Shown here in pieces: positions 1 to 13,282 of a stretch of DNA of 64,000 nucleotides; the first letter of the stretch is position 1, and every line of letters begins with the position of its first letter. This DNA is from Octopus vulgaris. Its lineage: Eukaryota. The notes under the pieces were generated by a model. It was not told where the DNA came from. It did not search any database and was given only the letters and a program-made list of their open reading frames with translations. The stretch covers positions 160,332,001-160,396,000 of the forward strand of contig OX597816.1 of the NCBI GenBank assembly GCA_951406725.2, written 5' to 3'. The translations under genes were made by a program, and so were the position numbers.

Positions 1-1400
1 TAATATCCCCTGTATTGACATCCTTTCTCAGTAAAGTTAACACACCTCAACTCACAGACCTGGGAATTCTCCTGTTTTGCTGTCAATTGTGATGAATGCT
101 TGCCAAGAGGTCACAAAACAGATTTGGCATATAACCATAAAACTCATAGTGCAGACTATCCTAACCAGGTAGTTTGTCCCTTGCACAACCACCCAGTACT
201 TCATGTATTTCAGTTGCTGTTATTGGCCTTTCACAGTGCCTAACCTCTTCTTCCAAAAGATGTGGCTGGCCCTCCAGGTATTAAAGTCTAAAATTCTCTG
301 TGGCCTATCCCTTTCTCTAAAGAGACAAAGTGCTGCTGGAAGGCCACATGCATTTGCTTGTCACCATATAGTATGTTCCCATCCTGATCTGTCAATGACT
401 GAATTGTGGCTTTGTTGCCGTGTTGTGCCTCCACTACTAGAGCCTATCAAATTTCATTCCTTCTTGTTTTAGCATGTGAGCTCTATCCCTGATAACTCAG
501 TCTTTGTGTTTCATACTGAAAAAATACCCAAGGGCCATTCTTGCCACTTGCACATTTGTCATGACACCACTTCTAATTGCCCTTTCTAGTTTACTAATTA
601 GATCTTCCTCTAAACTATTTCTCTCTATCACTTGCTCTTTACTAAATGCTATTGACTTGTATTTAATTGCCCTCTTCAGGATCTCCACCAGCCGTTTTTG
701 ACTGTCGCCCCTGTTAAATACCTCTTAACATTTGACTGGGACAATAGTCAATCTGGTCTCTGGAGTCTTTTTGTATCAGGAGAGACATCTTCAACTTCCA
801 ATAGCTGGGTCCTATCTGAATCCTGTCTAAGGTATCTGTGAAGATTACAAATTTGTCATCTGTATAGCTGACCAGTATGAATTGTGGACACCCTAACACA
901 TCTTTGTCCATTAACCTAATGAATGCTCAAAGTACAATCTGGAAGATCCATCGTGGTTGCTCCAAGTCACATTGGTACATTCAGGAAATCTAGTCAGTAT
1001 CTGTCAGACATTTGGAAATATCTGAGCATATTTTTGAGGCTTTTGCATCCCTGCTATGAGTTAACCTTGCACAGTCACTTCATGCATCCAAAATCCCTTT
1101 CCAATCCCTTACTAATACTAAAGAGCAGGATGTTCTTAGGAAGGCTTCCTGGTATTGAAAGAAATCTGGCTGTCAAGTCCTGATGGGTGCATAGATGGCC
1201 TCTAGTTTGAAGGCATTGCCTTTACTGTCACTCACACCTAGTACCACCAGCTTACCTGTCAGATCTAGGAAGATTATCTGAGCCTCTAAACCTAATTCTT
1301 TCTGGAAAAGCACTGCTACTCCTCTGCCCAGTCACATCAGACTATAAGATAAGAATGATTTGCAGTCATTTGACATAAGGTTGAGTGTGACTCAGAAATT
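1..1400 (-). pseudogene. Decayed Tx1/L1-clade LINE ORF2 (APE endonuclease, linker, start of RT), runs off window start
   Basis: Minus-strand translation gives KLEAIYAP, YTDDKFV..IGPSYWKLKMSLL (SDH...GPGYWKLN-like), LKRAIKYKSIAFSK..LISKLE and KLPG*DSLHYEFY..MPNLFCDLLA..QQNRRIPRSVS*GVLTLLRKD (PGxDG pre-RT motif). Many stops and frameshifts. Confidence 0.85.
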
Positions 1401-1837
1401 TGTCCTATGGGATTTGTAGCCACATTCTTCATCAAGCAAGATTAGTGGGTGATTTGTTTAGCTGTTGACAACTCAACCTTGCAAGTAAGTGTATTAGGTT
1501 GCTTGTTACCCTCTGTACTCTTGGACAAACTGGTGGGTGTGTTTCTTGAATTACTGATAATTTGACCATGAAAAAAGCAGTCTGACCTGATTTATTCTCT
1601 ATAATGTGCAATATATTAGATACGGTGTATATTAACTAGGTTGCTCTTTTTTTTCTTGTAGATATGTTGAAAATGCGGACAGAAAAATAGAATAAGGTAA
1701 GGTGCTCATATTGTTTAGCAAAATATGTTTTTCGTTTGTTTTTAAGTTGTTATATTCACAGAATTTTTATTTTATGCAAACAAATACTATTTGATTAGCC
1801 TGTTTATGTACATGTATGTTACTTGGAAGTATGCTGT

Positions 1838-2416
1838 GCGCGAGAAGACCCGGCAGGACAAGTGAGGCCATAACCCATGGCCCCTACCTGGGACGTAGTC
1901 AGTCCACCTGTGCATACCTTCCTTCTTGGGACACATAACTCTACTTGTGAAGACCTGTTGAGGCAAGTGAAAATCAAAAATCAAAGAATCAAATCAAAAT
2001 CGATGAACATCAATGGAATTTGTAGTTTTGTGGTACCAGTGCCGGTGGCGCATAAGAAAACCATCTGAACGTGGCCGTAGCCAGTACCGCATTGACTGGC
2101 CTCCGTGCTGGTGGCACGTAACAAACACCATCCGATCGTGGCCGTGCCAGCCTCACCTGGCCTCCGTGCCGGTGGCATGTAAAAAACACCATCCGAGCGT
2201 GGCCGTTCACCAGCCTCGTCTGGCACCTGTGTCGGTGGCACATAAAAAGCACCCACTACACTCACGGAGTGGTTGGCATTAGGAAGGGCATCCAGCTGTA
2301 GAAACACTGCCAGATCTGACTGGCCTGGTGCAGCCTTCGGGCTTCCCAGACCCCCAGTTGAACCGTCCAACCCATGCTAGCATGGAAAGCGGATGTTAAA
2401 CGATGATGATGATGAT
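1838..2416 (+). mobile_element. Element D, near full-length: non-autonomous retroposon with internal ~60-bp minisatellite and (GAT)n tail
   Basis: Unique 5' part, 3-4 units containing GTGCCGGTGGCAC, conserved 3' body (GGAAGGGCATCCAGCTGTAGAAAC..CCATGCTAGCATGG) and GTTAAACGATGATGAT tail. More than 15 related copies in the window. Confidence 0.85.
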
Positions 2417-2599
2417 TTATACAGGTAGTCATCAATCACCTGTAAGCATGTCTTGGTAACATATACTATGCTTTTGCTAATTGTTTTAGCTACCTATGTA
2501 GTTGTGAACGTACACTGAAATCCCTTTGGGTCCCCTTCACCGTTGACTGAGCAGCATATAGAGGAAGGTGAGATAGCTGGATTAGTGCTGTGGGACTCC

Positions 2600-2708
2600 C
2601 TAAAGTGAAGTACTTTGCTCAAAGCCACAACAGGCTACCTGTCCCAGGAATTGAATCTGCATCCCTATGTTCATAAACCAAACACCCCTAACACCCTAGG
2701 CCAAGCAT
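2600..2708 (-). mobile_element. SINE-C head fragment
   Basis: Minus strand reads TGGCCTAG..GTTAGGGGTG..GATTCAATTCCTGGG..TTGAGCAAAGTACTTCA, similar to the heads at 34407 and 60790. Confidence 0.55.
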
Positions 2709-3059
2709 ATGCATATATTTTATCCATTTTAATACCTTTATTTCCTTGACCAGGGTTTAAGTGAAGATCTTCTTCTCATTTGTTTATTTTATTCTTATTA
2801 ATTTTTTAATAAGAATACTGTATGTGTGTGTGTGTTTAAGTTGAATTTGTTTGCATACATGCACACACCCAGATGCACACTGTGTTAAAAAGAATAGTTG
2901 AATACCACTACGTATATAATGCATGTGTGTGCAGCCATCTATGCAACATACTTAATGCACATACACTGTTGATAGGCCAGTTACTTCAGTATTTCTCCTG
3001 AGATAGCATCTCTTGTGTTGAAATATACTCCATCAAAATAAATGTCAAAAACAGATGAA

Positions 3060-3460
3060 GATGCCAACACACCAAAATTGGTTGTCAAGCAGTGGTGGGA
3101 GGGACAAGCACAGACATAAAGACACACACTGACACACATACTATATATCTAAAAAATCTAATATAAAAGATACATTAAAAAAAAATCACCAAATTCTTAA
3201 TTTTAGAAAATATTTTTTCTTATCTACAGCTGGATGCCTTTCCTAACGCTAACCACTCCGAGAATGTAGTGGGTGCCTTTTATATGCCACCAGCATGGGA
3301 TCCAGTCAGGTGGCACTGACATGGGAACCAGTCAGGCAGCACTGGCATCAACCATGCTGAAATGGTGCTTTTTACGTGCCAGTAAGGTGGCACTGCCATC
3401 AGCCACACTTGAATGGTGCTTTTTATGTGCCACCAGCACAGGTGCCAGTCAGGCAGCATT

Positions 3461-3522
<62 letters not shown>

Positions 3523-3735
3523 TCAAATAAAGGTTGCCAACCTCATTAAGGGATAATAAAATCCAATGAATATACTGGTTTTTTACTTATGGATTTCTTT
3601 CAGTTTCTATCTACCAAATCCACTCACAAGACTTTGGTTGGCCTTAGGCTATAGTAGAAGACACCTTCCCATGGTGTCACACAGTGGGACTGAACCCAGA
3701 ACCATGTGGTTGGGAATCAGGCTTCTTACCACACA
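3060..3735 (-). mobile_element. Fragmented SINE-B interrupted by an element D fragment (3222-3462) and (TA)n (3464-3518)
   Basis: SINE-B blocks at 3060-3140 and 3590-3735, with D minisatellite units between them. Confidence 0.7.
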
Positions 3736-3887
3736 GAAAATCCATTTTCAAATATGATTAGATAAAATATATAAATCCATCTATTTTAAATAATATCTTT
3801 ACTATCAACAAAATACACGGGATAAAAAACAGTTCATGCAACAAATAGACTGTTATATTACTGAATTAGCATTCATCAGCTGAAATA

Positions 3888-4105
3888 CAAAGGAGTGTTG
3901 AAAAGTTTCTGGTTTTAAAGGTATCATGAAAGGCCTGTTTGTAGGCCCAACCTTATGAATCCTTTTACAGAGCTTAAAAAATCTGATGGACCACTCCAAT
4001 AAGTGGGTGAGTCTGAGAGAGGAATATATTGAATAAAATCATAATGAGGTGATCCTCTTGTATTTTCCCTTTATCTCAAGCCAGAAACTTTTCAACACCC
4101 CGTCA
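3888..4105. mobile_element. Mariner-derived MITE
   Basis: TIR cores GTGTTGAAAAGTTTCTGG / CCAGAAACTTTTCAACAC, TA flanks, and an internal remnant resembling a transposase C-terminus (..GEYIE*). Confidence 0.75.
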
Positions 4106-4269
4106 TATAACATTTATGTAATTCAATGGTTGTGTGGTTAAGAAGTTTACTTCCCAGGGATGTAGTTTCAGGTTCAGTCTGGATGTAGGTGTAGCTGGGT
4201 AATCAAGATTTTCATGTTGTTTTATGCTCCAAACACCAGCTAAATAATGACAAAATTACTTTATTAAAT

Positions 4270-4740
4270 TCATCATCATCAACATCATCATCATCGTTTA
4301 ACGTCCGTCTTCCATGCTAGCATGGGTTGGACGGTTCGACTGGAGTCTGGGAAGCCAGGAGGTTGCACAAGGCTCCAGTCTGATCTGGCAGTGTTTCAAT
4401 AGCTAGATGCCCTTCTTAAAGCCAACCACTCCGTGAGTGTAGTGGGTGCTTTTTATGTGCCACCGGCACAGGAGCCAGAGGAGGCTGGCAATGGCCATGA
4501 TCAGTTGGTGCTTTTTACGTGTCACCGACGTGGGAGCCAGTCATGCAGCACTGGCATCAACTATGCTTGAATGATGCTTTTTACGTGCTACTGGCACTGC
4601 CATCAACCTTACTTGAATGGCACTTTTAATGAGCCACCGGCACAGCAGCAGTTAGGCAGCGCTGGCATTGCCCATGCATGAATGGCACTTTTTTATGTGC
4701 CACTGGTACAGGAATCAGCCAGGCAGTATTGGTATTGACT
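4270..4740 (-). mobile_element. Element D copy
   Basis: (CAT)n tail on + strand, conserved body and about 5 minisatellite units. Confidence 0.85.
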
Positions 4741-4957
4741 ATTTATGTATCTTTATGTTATATTGCTAACTAAATCTGTGTTGTCCATCTCTTTGTCCCT
4801 GCCTACCCATACAGCTACCTACTTACCTACCTACAGTTCTATCAAGCTATCTGTCTGCCTGTTTATCTGTCCAACTGTCCACATTTATATGTGTCTGTGT
4901 GTGTATATGTTTATAAATATGCATATGAATATGTTTCTATTTAGGCAGACATGTGTA

Positions 4958-4996
<39 letters not shown>

Positions 4997-6165
4997 GCAT
5001 GCATGCATGCACACCCGTCTTTCTTTTTTTTCTCCTTTTATATGTGTGAGTGTGTGTGTGCATGTATGAATGTGTGTGAATACGTCTGTATTTGTACACA
5101 CTTGTCCTTTTTGGAAAATCCTGCAATCAGGAAACAAGGCAATAATCTATGACAAAGGATATAGACTAATGAGTTCTGCATTCTCTCCCTTCAAGAGGAA
5201 CTCTCTATTCTGATGTGGCCAGTTGTTCTGAATGCATATATTAACATATGTATTATCATTTTAATAATGTTGTGTGACCTTTTCCATCCTGCTCTCTTGG
5301 ACGTGTTGTTGTTCAATTACTGTTTGTGTCTGCTATTGGTTTCTAATCTATATGAATTATTGATTCTCATTTCCTTTCACATTGCTGTTTCTAGTGTAAG
5401 CTTCACTCCCCGTTTTGTATTTTTACCCATTTTTTACTAGAAATGAATATTAATATTCACTTTTTTTTATTGTATTTTTGTCGGTTGATTTCTTTTCCTT
5501 TTGTCACCGTGTTATTGCTGGAGTCATTCTTGGTATAACAATATTCCCTATGAATAAATAGCATTTAAAGAGGACTAATCATTTCCTCTTGAAGTTAACT
5601 CAATGGTGGTCACATCATGGTATTCTGTTGACCAAATCTAAATAATCATTCATATATATGTGTGTGTTTGTGTGTATAGGTATGTACAGACATAGTTAAT
5701 ATGTTTGTGTGCATTCAGTCATGGTAAGACAGTATGCTTCACAAGTTGTCTCCAGAGAAGAAATTCTCTTTATAGATAGTATAGGTGTAAATACTAGCCA
5801 TGAATGATGTCACTGAACTCTAGGATACATGTATTTCTGTGTCATTGCACTTCATCAGTGCCTTGAGAAAACTTCTGCAGTGTATTGTCTTTCTATGTCC
5901 ATGAACATGGAATGTGGACCTGATAAATATATTCCATTCAATGCTACTTAGTGTGTATTTAATTAATAAGAATGACAGTGATTGACAGCTATAAATAACT
6001 GGATTAGCATGTTGCTCAAGAGAAGCAGCAATGATATACTCAGCATAATATTGAAACAAATTTGATTCTTTGAGTTTCTCAGAGACACAGTTGAAATCCT
6101 TTATCTTTGTGGTTGAGAGAATGAGTAAATTGTCAGTTTTTTTAAAATCATGTTTTCAATCATTT

Positions 6166-6474
6166 TGTTGTTGTTTGTTCCTACTCGAGCCATGTCTGGT
6201 TCATAAGGGCCGGTTTCCCGGTTTGTTTGGCGTATAGGTTCCCCACCTGGACGGGATGCCGGTCTGTCGCAGGTGAGCTGCAAGATGCAGGAGGAAAGAG
6301 TGAGAGAAAGCTGTGGCAAAAGAGTCAGCAGAAGTTTGCCATTAACTTCTGCCAGAGCTGTGCGGAGCTTAGGTGTTTCGCTCACAAACACATGCATCAC
6401 TCGGTCTGAGATTTGAATTCGCAATCCCTCGACCGTGAGTCCACTGTTCTAACTACTAGGCCATGTGCCTCCAC
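6166..6474 (-). mobile_element. SINE-C (tRNA head, V-SINE-like block, (AAC)n tail)
   Basis: A box TGGCCTAGTAG and B-box-like GAATTCAAATC; CCTGCGACAGACCGGCATCCCGTCCAGG block; TSD TTTTCAATCATTT on both sides. Confidence 0.85.
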
Positions 6475-6475
6475 C

Positions 6476-6835
6476 TTTTTCAATCATTTGGACTGAGGTC
6501 ATGCTGGTGCACCACCTTGAAGAGTCTAGTCAAACAAATTAAACCTAACGCTTACTTTTAAGCCTGATTCCATCAGGCATTTTTGCTCAACCCATAAAGT
6601 TGCAAGACTGTAAACAAATACCAGTTGTCAAGCAGTGGGGTGGAGGCAACAAATACAAGGACATACACACACACACACACACATACATGACACGCTTCCA
6701 CACAGTTTCTGTCTATGCAGTTCACTAACAGGCATCAGTCAGCTCGGGGCTATAAGACACTTGCTCAATGTGCTGAGGAATAGGACTGAACTCATGACCA
6801 CATGGTTATAAAGCAAGCATCTTAACCATTCAAGC
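6476..6835 (-). mobile_element. SINE-B (old copy)
   Basis: Colinear with the intact SINE-B copies at 24170 and 29165; internal (CA)n. Confidence 0.75.
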
Positions 6836-6853
6836 CTCTACCTCCACATAACC

Positions 6854-7315
6854 TATTTCTTTACTGCCCACAAGGGGCTAAACACAGAGAGGACAAACAA
6901 GGACAGACAAACAGATTAAGTCGATTATATCGACTCCAGTGCATAACTGGTACTTATTTAATCGACCCCGAGAGGATGAAAGGCAAAGTCGACCTCAACG
7001 GAATTTGAACTCAGAACGTAGCGGCAGACGAAATACCTATTTCTTTATTACCCACAAGGGGCTAAACACAGAGGGCACAAACAAGGACAGACATAGGTAT
7101 TAAGTCGATTACATCGACCCCAGTTCGTAACTGGTACTTAATTTATCGACCCCGAAAGGATGAAAGGCAAAGTCGACTCGGCGGAATTTGAACTCACAAC
7201 GTGACGACAGACGAAATATGGCTCCGCATCTCGCCCGGCGTGCTAACGTTTCTGCCAGCTCGTCGCGGCAGATGAAATACCGTAAAGCATTTCTCCTGGT
7301 GTGCTAACGTTTCTG
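6854..7315 (-). mobile_element. Long-tail SINE-A containing a nested long-tail SINE-A (7038-7264)
   Basis: tRNA-like head with B box GAGTTCAAATTCC; 17-bp TSD GCGGCAGAYGAAATACC at 7021-7037 and 7265-7281. Confidence 0.9.
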
Positions 7316-8239
7316 CAACCATAAACAGATTCTGTGCATTGGGCCTGGGTCTTTCAGCATCCTGTTTTTTTATTTTATTTTCTTTTTATTTTTGTTAAAA
7401 TCCCAGTTTTTCATTCAGAAAAGTGCATGAGCATGTTGATTTATAAATTTTACAAAATGTTTTACATTTTCTTGTTGGTACTATTTATATTCAGTGAAAA
7501 CAGGTGGAAAAACAAGATAAAATTTTACAGGATGGCTGGGTAGAATGATTTCATTTCATATGTCTCTCTCTGTGTGTTTATAAATACATACATGCATATG
7601 TGTGTGTATATCTATGTGTTTATGAATATGTGTGCACATATATTTATATACATATGTATATCTATGTATTTGTATATACATGCACACAGTTACACACGAA
7701 CACACAGAAGCATAGGAAAGTAGCCGTTAAAGCAGCGATGACGGTGATGATATATCTAGCTGCTTCAAATACAAACATACATCATCAGCAAAAACCACAA
7801 AAAAAAAAAACCAAAAAAAAAAGAGACCAGTGATGACAACAACAACAACAAAGATTTTCAGATGAACTCTTAGATAAAAGTGATAGCCATTTCACTTTTA
7901 CTTTTGATATAAATGTTTCCATTTTTTTTTATCTATAAAATTTTCATCTTTATTTCTTTTTTGTCTGCTCAATCCCCAGACTGTTTAATCTGTGTTTTAT
8001 TTCAATCAGTAAAAAGAAGAAAAAAAACCCAACAAAAAACATTGATGCCACATAGAAATAGAATGATTAATTGCAATAGTATTATTATTATTATTATTAT
8101 TTATCATGGCCAAATATGATGAATACCACTGCATTCAGTCATTTCTTCTTTTTTATATTCAGATTCATCCATGAATGTTTTAATTCTACTAAATTTTAGA
8201 AAATGGTAAATATGAGGATGTACGCAAACTTTCTGCCAC

Positions 8240-8760
8240 GCTGGCAGAATTGTTACTCTGCTGGAAAAATTATTTGGCAGACCTTTTTTTGGTTCTTTAC
8301 ATTCTGAGTTCCAATGCCATTGAGATTCACTTTGCCTTTTCATTTCTTTCATGATCAAAGTGGTGAGCTGGCAGAATCGTTAGAACACCGGACGAAATGC
8401 CTAGCGATATTTCGTCTGCCGTTACGTTCTGAGTTCAAATTCCGCTGATGTCGACTTTGCCTTTCATCCTTTCGGGGTCGATAAATTAAGTACCTGTTAC
8501 ACATTGGGGTCGATGTAATCGACTTAATCCGTTTGTCTGTCCTTGTTTGTCTCCTCTGTGTTTATCCCCTTGTGGGTAGTAAAGAAATAGGTATTTTATC
8601 TGTTTTTACATTCTGAGTTCAAATTCCACTGAGGTTGACTTTGCCTTTCATCCTTTCGGGGATGATAAATTAAATATCAGTTGCATACTGGGGTCAATCT
8701 AATCGACTGGCCCCCTCCCCCCCAAATTTCAGGCCTTGTGCCTAGAGTGGAAAAGAACAT
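8240..8760 (+). mobile_element. SINE-A cluster: decayed head, long-tail copy (8359-8589), body of a short-tail copy
   Basis: Tail AAAGAAATA is joined to GGTATTTTATCTG of another SINE-A body, which ends ..CCTAGAGTGGAAAAG. Confidence 0.85.
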
Positions 8761-9910
8761 ATATTTCTACTTTCAGATGATGATGATGATAATAGATGTA
8801 ATACCAGGTACTGGCTCTCATGGCTTCTAGTGGAGGAGCATCATAGTCATAATGACTATGATGCTCTTCATCTTTGAATAGATATCCTTTTTTCCCAGCT
8901 TGATAGCAAAACTTTTTAATTTAATAAAATCTCAATCTCTTTCTCTTCTTTTTAACTTAAATCCCCCTTGAACCACACTAAACTCCTAACATACCACTCA
9001 ACTCAACCACAAAACCAGCCAGCCCCCGCAAACCCCTATTTCTATAAAATGTGTGTTTCATCCCGTTACAAAGTAAATAATTCTTTGCAAGTAATCGTAC
9101 TGAAGCATAAGCAATTCTACACCCTTGACTACTTTGCCACTTCTTTATGATAATCCAAAACAGGAAGTTTATATTCTTGGACTTAAATATTCTGATTAAA
9201 TGGAATTGTGATTAATGTAGATTATTAATGGAATCAAAGGTTCCTGGAATTGTTATATGTACTTTTGTATTCATTCATTTATTTGTTTAGATCCTTTTGT
9301 TAGTATGTATAGGGTCAGCAAGGTTCTAAGTAAATATTGCGTCCATTACATATTAGGTTTCTCTGTTCAGTTCATCTGCCTTCTCTCCCACCACAACCAC
9401 CACCATTTCTGCCTGCCAATCACATTTTGACAACCAAATGAATCTTGCCCTATCTCCTTTCATACAGATTGTCTTGTCAAACATGTCTTTTTGTTTGTTT
9501 ATTTGTCTCTCTCCTTTGCCATTTGTATTTTTTATATTTTTGTAATATCTTGCATGACCCCATCATAGCTAAGGGCCCCTGGTCACTTCTGATTTAAATA
9601 TGTGATGCAAGACTTACTATAACCTTTTAACCGAGAAGAGAATGAACATTTCTTCTCCTTCTTTATTCTTTCTCTTCTTCCTATTTACATTCTCTCATTT
9701 CATTTCCCTTTTTAAGGATTTCCATTCCATATTTTTTCCCTTTTCTCCAGTTATATTTCATGACTTTTTTTCTTCCGCCATTCCCCCACTCTCCCACACA
9801 CACACACACTTGCCAACACTCTCTCCCTCCCTCTCTCTGCATGGACCAATTTCCGGTTGTGAAACTGAACCAATTTTATATTTATGTGTGTATGTACATA
9901 TATATATTAA

Positions 9911-10192
9911 GGGGGAAAGTTGAAATATGACTTTTCTCCCTTATACTGAATTAATGTCTAAACATTACAAAGCTACTGAGGAAAACTCCATAAATACATG
10001 AGATTGAAAGTGGGATAGTGAGAAGATGGTTAAAAAAGACTCCACATTAATTGCGAATTTTAATCTTGAAATTAGCTAATTCACAATTGATGTGGAGTCA
10101 TTTTTAAATATCTTCTCACTAGCCTGCTAGCTTTGTAATGTTTAGACATTCATTCAGTATGGAGGAGAACAGTCGTATTTCAACTTTCCCCC
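9911..10192. mobile_element. Fold-back MITE, Kolobok-like
   Basis: TTAA|GGGGGAAAGTTGAAATA ... TATTTCAACTTTCCCCC|TTAA; almost the whole element is an inverted repeat. Confidence 0.8.
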
Positions 10193-10200
10193 TTAATATA

Positions 10201-10237
<37 letters not shown>

Positions 10238-10240
<3 letters not shown>

Positions 10241-11047
10241 CAGGTGGCACGTAAAAAGCACCCACTACACTCACGGAGTGGTTGGCATTAGGAAGGGCAT
10301 CCAGCTGTAGAAACATTGCCAGATAAGACTGGAGCCTGGTGCAGCCTTCTGGCTTCCCAGATCCCCGGTTGAACCGTCCAACCCATGCTAGCAATTTCGG
10401 CTGATTAATCTTGAGATTGCTCCGATCTGGCCAGCCCCAAAGGAAAATCTAAGCCAAGCGCATTAGATTCCTTGGAAGAAAGCCTCGAATGTATACAAAA
10501 CAAGGACGGAAAAACGAACAATGTTACACGAATAAAAATACAAAAATACGTAAAAACAATAATGATAGCACGAATAAGAATACAAAAATATGTAAAAACA
10601 ATAATGATAATAATAATAACAACAAAAACAGGACGTCACAGACAAGCGTCTATTCGACAGGACGAGTAAATTTTTGAGCTAGCGTGATTGTTGCCAGAGC
10701 GGCTAACTGGTTTTGTGCTGGTGGCATGTAAAAGGCACCATTCGAGTGTGGTGATCGTTACCACCGTTGCCTTACTGGCACTTGTGCCAGTGACACGTAA
10801 AAAGAAACCCCAAAAACATGATTTTTTCGTGGCTGTTGCCAGTACCGCCTGACTGGCCCTCATGCCGGTGGCATGTAAAAGCACCCACAACACTCTGAGT
10901 GGTTGGCGTTAGGAAGGGCATCCAGCTGTAAAAACTCTGCTAGATCAAGATTGGAGCCTTGTGCAGCCATCTGGTTCGCCAGTCCTCAGTCAAATCGTCC
11001 AACCCATGCTAGCATGGAAAGAGGACGTTAAACGATGATGATGATGA
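10238..11047 (+). mobile_element. Two element D copies (10238-10392, 10676-11047) flanking an unclassified A-rich repeat (10393-10675)
   Basis: D body motifs and (GAT)n tail. The middle segment has a duplicated ACGAATAARAATACAAAAATAYGTAAAAACAATAATGATA unit. Confidence 0.75.
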
Positions 11048-11197
11048 TATATATATATATGGATGCTGACTTTACCAAACTGCCTTGGTGCCTCAGTTTA
11101 AGTACCTAATTCAAATGAATCTCAATTATTTCTCATATATATATATATATATATATGCATATACACACACACACACACACACATGTTTATATGTATA

Positions 11198-12060
11198 TTA
11201 GGTTGAGGAATAACCCATGAGCAATTTTTTCAAATCTATTTTAAGCAAAAAAAGACTACAACAAATCAATCAATAATATACTTTCCATTGTTGTTTACAA
11301 CTTCCTCCCATCATTCAATAAGCTTTTTGATGCGTCGGTGATAGAAATCTCCCAGTCTTGACTCAAAGAATTCGTCCAACCAAGGCCTCAATTCCATGTC
11401 ATTATTGAATGATGCACCATGCAAAGCATTTGAAAGTGGTTGAAAGAGATGAAAATCTGGTGGCACCAAGTCTGAAGAGTATATAGGATGAGGCAGCACT
11501 TCCCATTTAAGTTCTTGAGTCATGGCTTTGGTCAAATTGGCGATGTGAGGATAGGCGTTGTCGTGTTGCAGAAGAATACCATTTCACCTATTCAGTCTTT
11601 TTTGCTGAATTGCTTTGCTGAGTCAGTGCGGTTGTTGAATGTAGTGTTCCGCATTGAGTGTTTGGTTTGCACTCAAGCAGTTCGTAATGAATTATGCCGT
11701 CCCTGTCCCACCACACACACAATATGGTCTTTCGAGGATGAAGGTCTTGTTTTGCTTGTGGAGTCACTTGTTTTTTGGGGTTGAGCCATTCTTTTCACTG
11801 CTTCATATTGATGTAAAGGCGCTATTTTTCATCACCAGTGACAATGTGGTGAAGAAAATGCTGTTTGTGACCATGTGTTAAGTGATGTCAAGCGAGCAAA
11901 CTGGCGGCGATTGTGGAGTGTTGATCTTTGTTGTTTTTGCTCAAAGTGTGCAGCATCCAAGTGAAGGTGGTTTACCACATTTTTTTTTTATCACAGTCCA
12001 TCTGTTCCACCAGTTCTCTGGTCGTTTGACATGGATTTTCATGAAGAAGTTGATTCAACA
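11198..12060 (-). pseudogene. Mariner (DD34D) transposase pseudogene, 5' truncated, one TIR retained
   Basis: LLHENPCQTTRELVEQM (HTH), HIVTGDEK*, ILLQHDNAYPH and WEVLPHPIYSSDLVPPDFHLF (YSPDLAPxD motif). End reads TA|TTAGGTTGAGGAATAA. In-frame stops. Confidence 0.92.
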
Positions 12061-12355
12061 TTCGAACGTGGTCGTTGCTAGTGCTGCTGGATTGGCTCCC
12101 ATGCAGGTGGCATGTAAAAAACACATTTTGAGCATGGTCAATGCCAGGACCACCTGACTGGCCTTCATGCCGGTGGCTCGTAAATGCACCCACTACACTC
12201 TCAGAGTGGTTAGCATTAGAAAGAGCATCCAGCTGTAGAAACTTTGCCAGATCAGATTGGAGTCTGGTGCAGCCTTCTGGCTTGCCAGTCCTCAGTCAAA
12301 CTGTCCAACCCATGCCAGCATGGAAAGCGGACATTAAACGACAATGATGATGTTG
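12060..12355 (+). mobile_element. Element D copy at the truncated end of the mariner
   Basis: Minisatellite units, conserved body and GAT-rich tail. Confidence 0.85.
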
Positions 12356-12707
12356 ATATATATTTATGTTGGGGTGGGGCGAAGCTATTCTATAAGAAAC
12401 TGTTGTCTAATTCGTAGCAATAACAGGTGGTGGGTCACAAGTTGTCAATAAGAGCCTACCTACTTCATTTGTTAGATATAAACCAAAGATTATAAAATAA
12501 GCCACACACCAAATTAAATAATTATATTCATGATAAAGAAATAAAGATTTTTGCCAGATTGTTGCTACTCTTAAGTCCTTATCCCTTTCAAGATCATATT
12601 TTCATTAGAATGCAGTATACGTTTTAATTAAGTTTGAAAATAATCAAAAATTTTGAGGAATTTAGTAAAATAACATCAGTTAAATAAGGAACTAAGTTTG
12701 TTTTTAT

Positions 12708-13282
12708 CTAATTTAGCATTCAGATTACTTTATCAAATGTAATGCTGACTCACATTCATCATCATCATCATCATCATTTAATGTTTGTTGTCCATGCTGG
12801 GTTGGATGGTTTGACTGGGTTTGGCATGCTAGAAGGCTGTGCCAGGCTCCAGACTAATTTGGCATGGTTTTCTATGGCTGGATGTTTTTCCTAACACCAA
12901 CCATTCCGAGAGTGTAATGGGTGCTTTTACATGCCACCGGCATAAGTGCCTTTTGTGTGACACCGGTATCTGCCACAACTGTGATTTTGCTTGGCTTGAT
13001 GTGTCTTCTCAAGCACATCAATGCCAAAGGACTTGGTCATTGCCTCTGTGAGGCCCACTTGAAGGGACTCAATCACCTTGCCTCCATGAGGTCCAACACT
13101 CAAAAGGAACTCAGCCACTTTACCTCTGTTTTAAATTTATCATTCATGATCTCATAGCTTCAAAATTTTGATCATATGATTGTGTATTTTTAGAATGATA
13201 CTGAGAGGTCAGATTTGGCTGGTCTGAATATAAAACAGATAGAATATTTGGGCCAGATATGACTGATTTAAATGCTAAAGGG
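12708..13282. mobile_element. piggyBac-like MITE type I split by an element D variant (12757-13127, minus strand)
   Basis: TTTAGCATTCAGATTACT.. left half and ..AATGCTAAAGGG|TTAA right end match the copies at 48958 and 62431. Confidence 0.75.

Noticed and set aside
2030-2255. CRISPR-like palindromic repeats in element D (also 30087 and 44539)
   Set aside because: The intervening sequences are homologous rather than unique spacers, there are no cas genes, and the context is a eukaryotic retroposon.
9770-9865. Promoter-like cluster (CGCCAT, CCAAT, TTCCGG)
   Set aside because: Short motifs expected by chance; no CpG island or adjacent exon.
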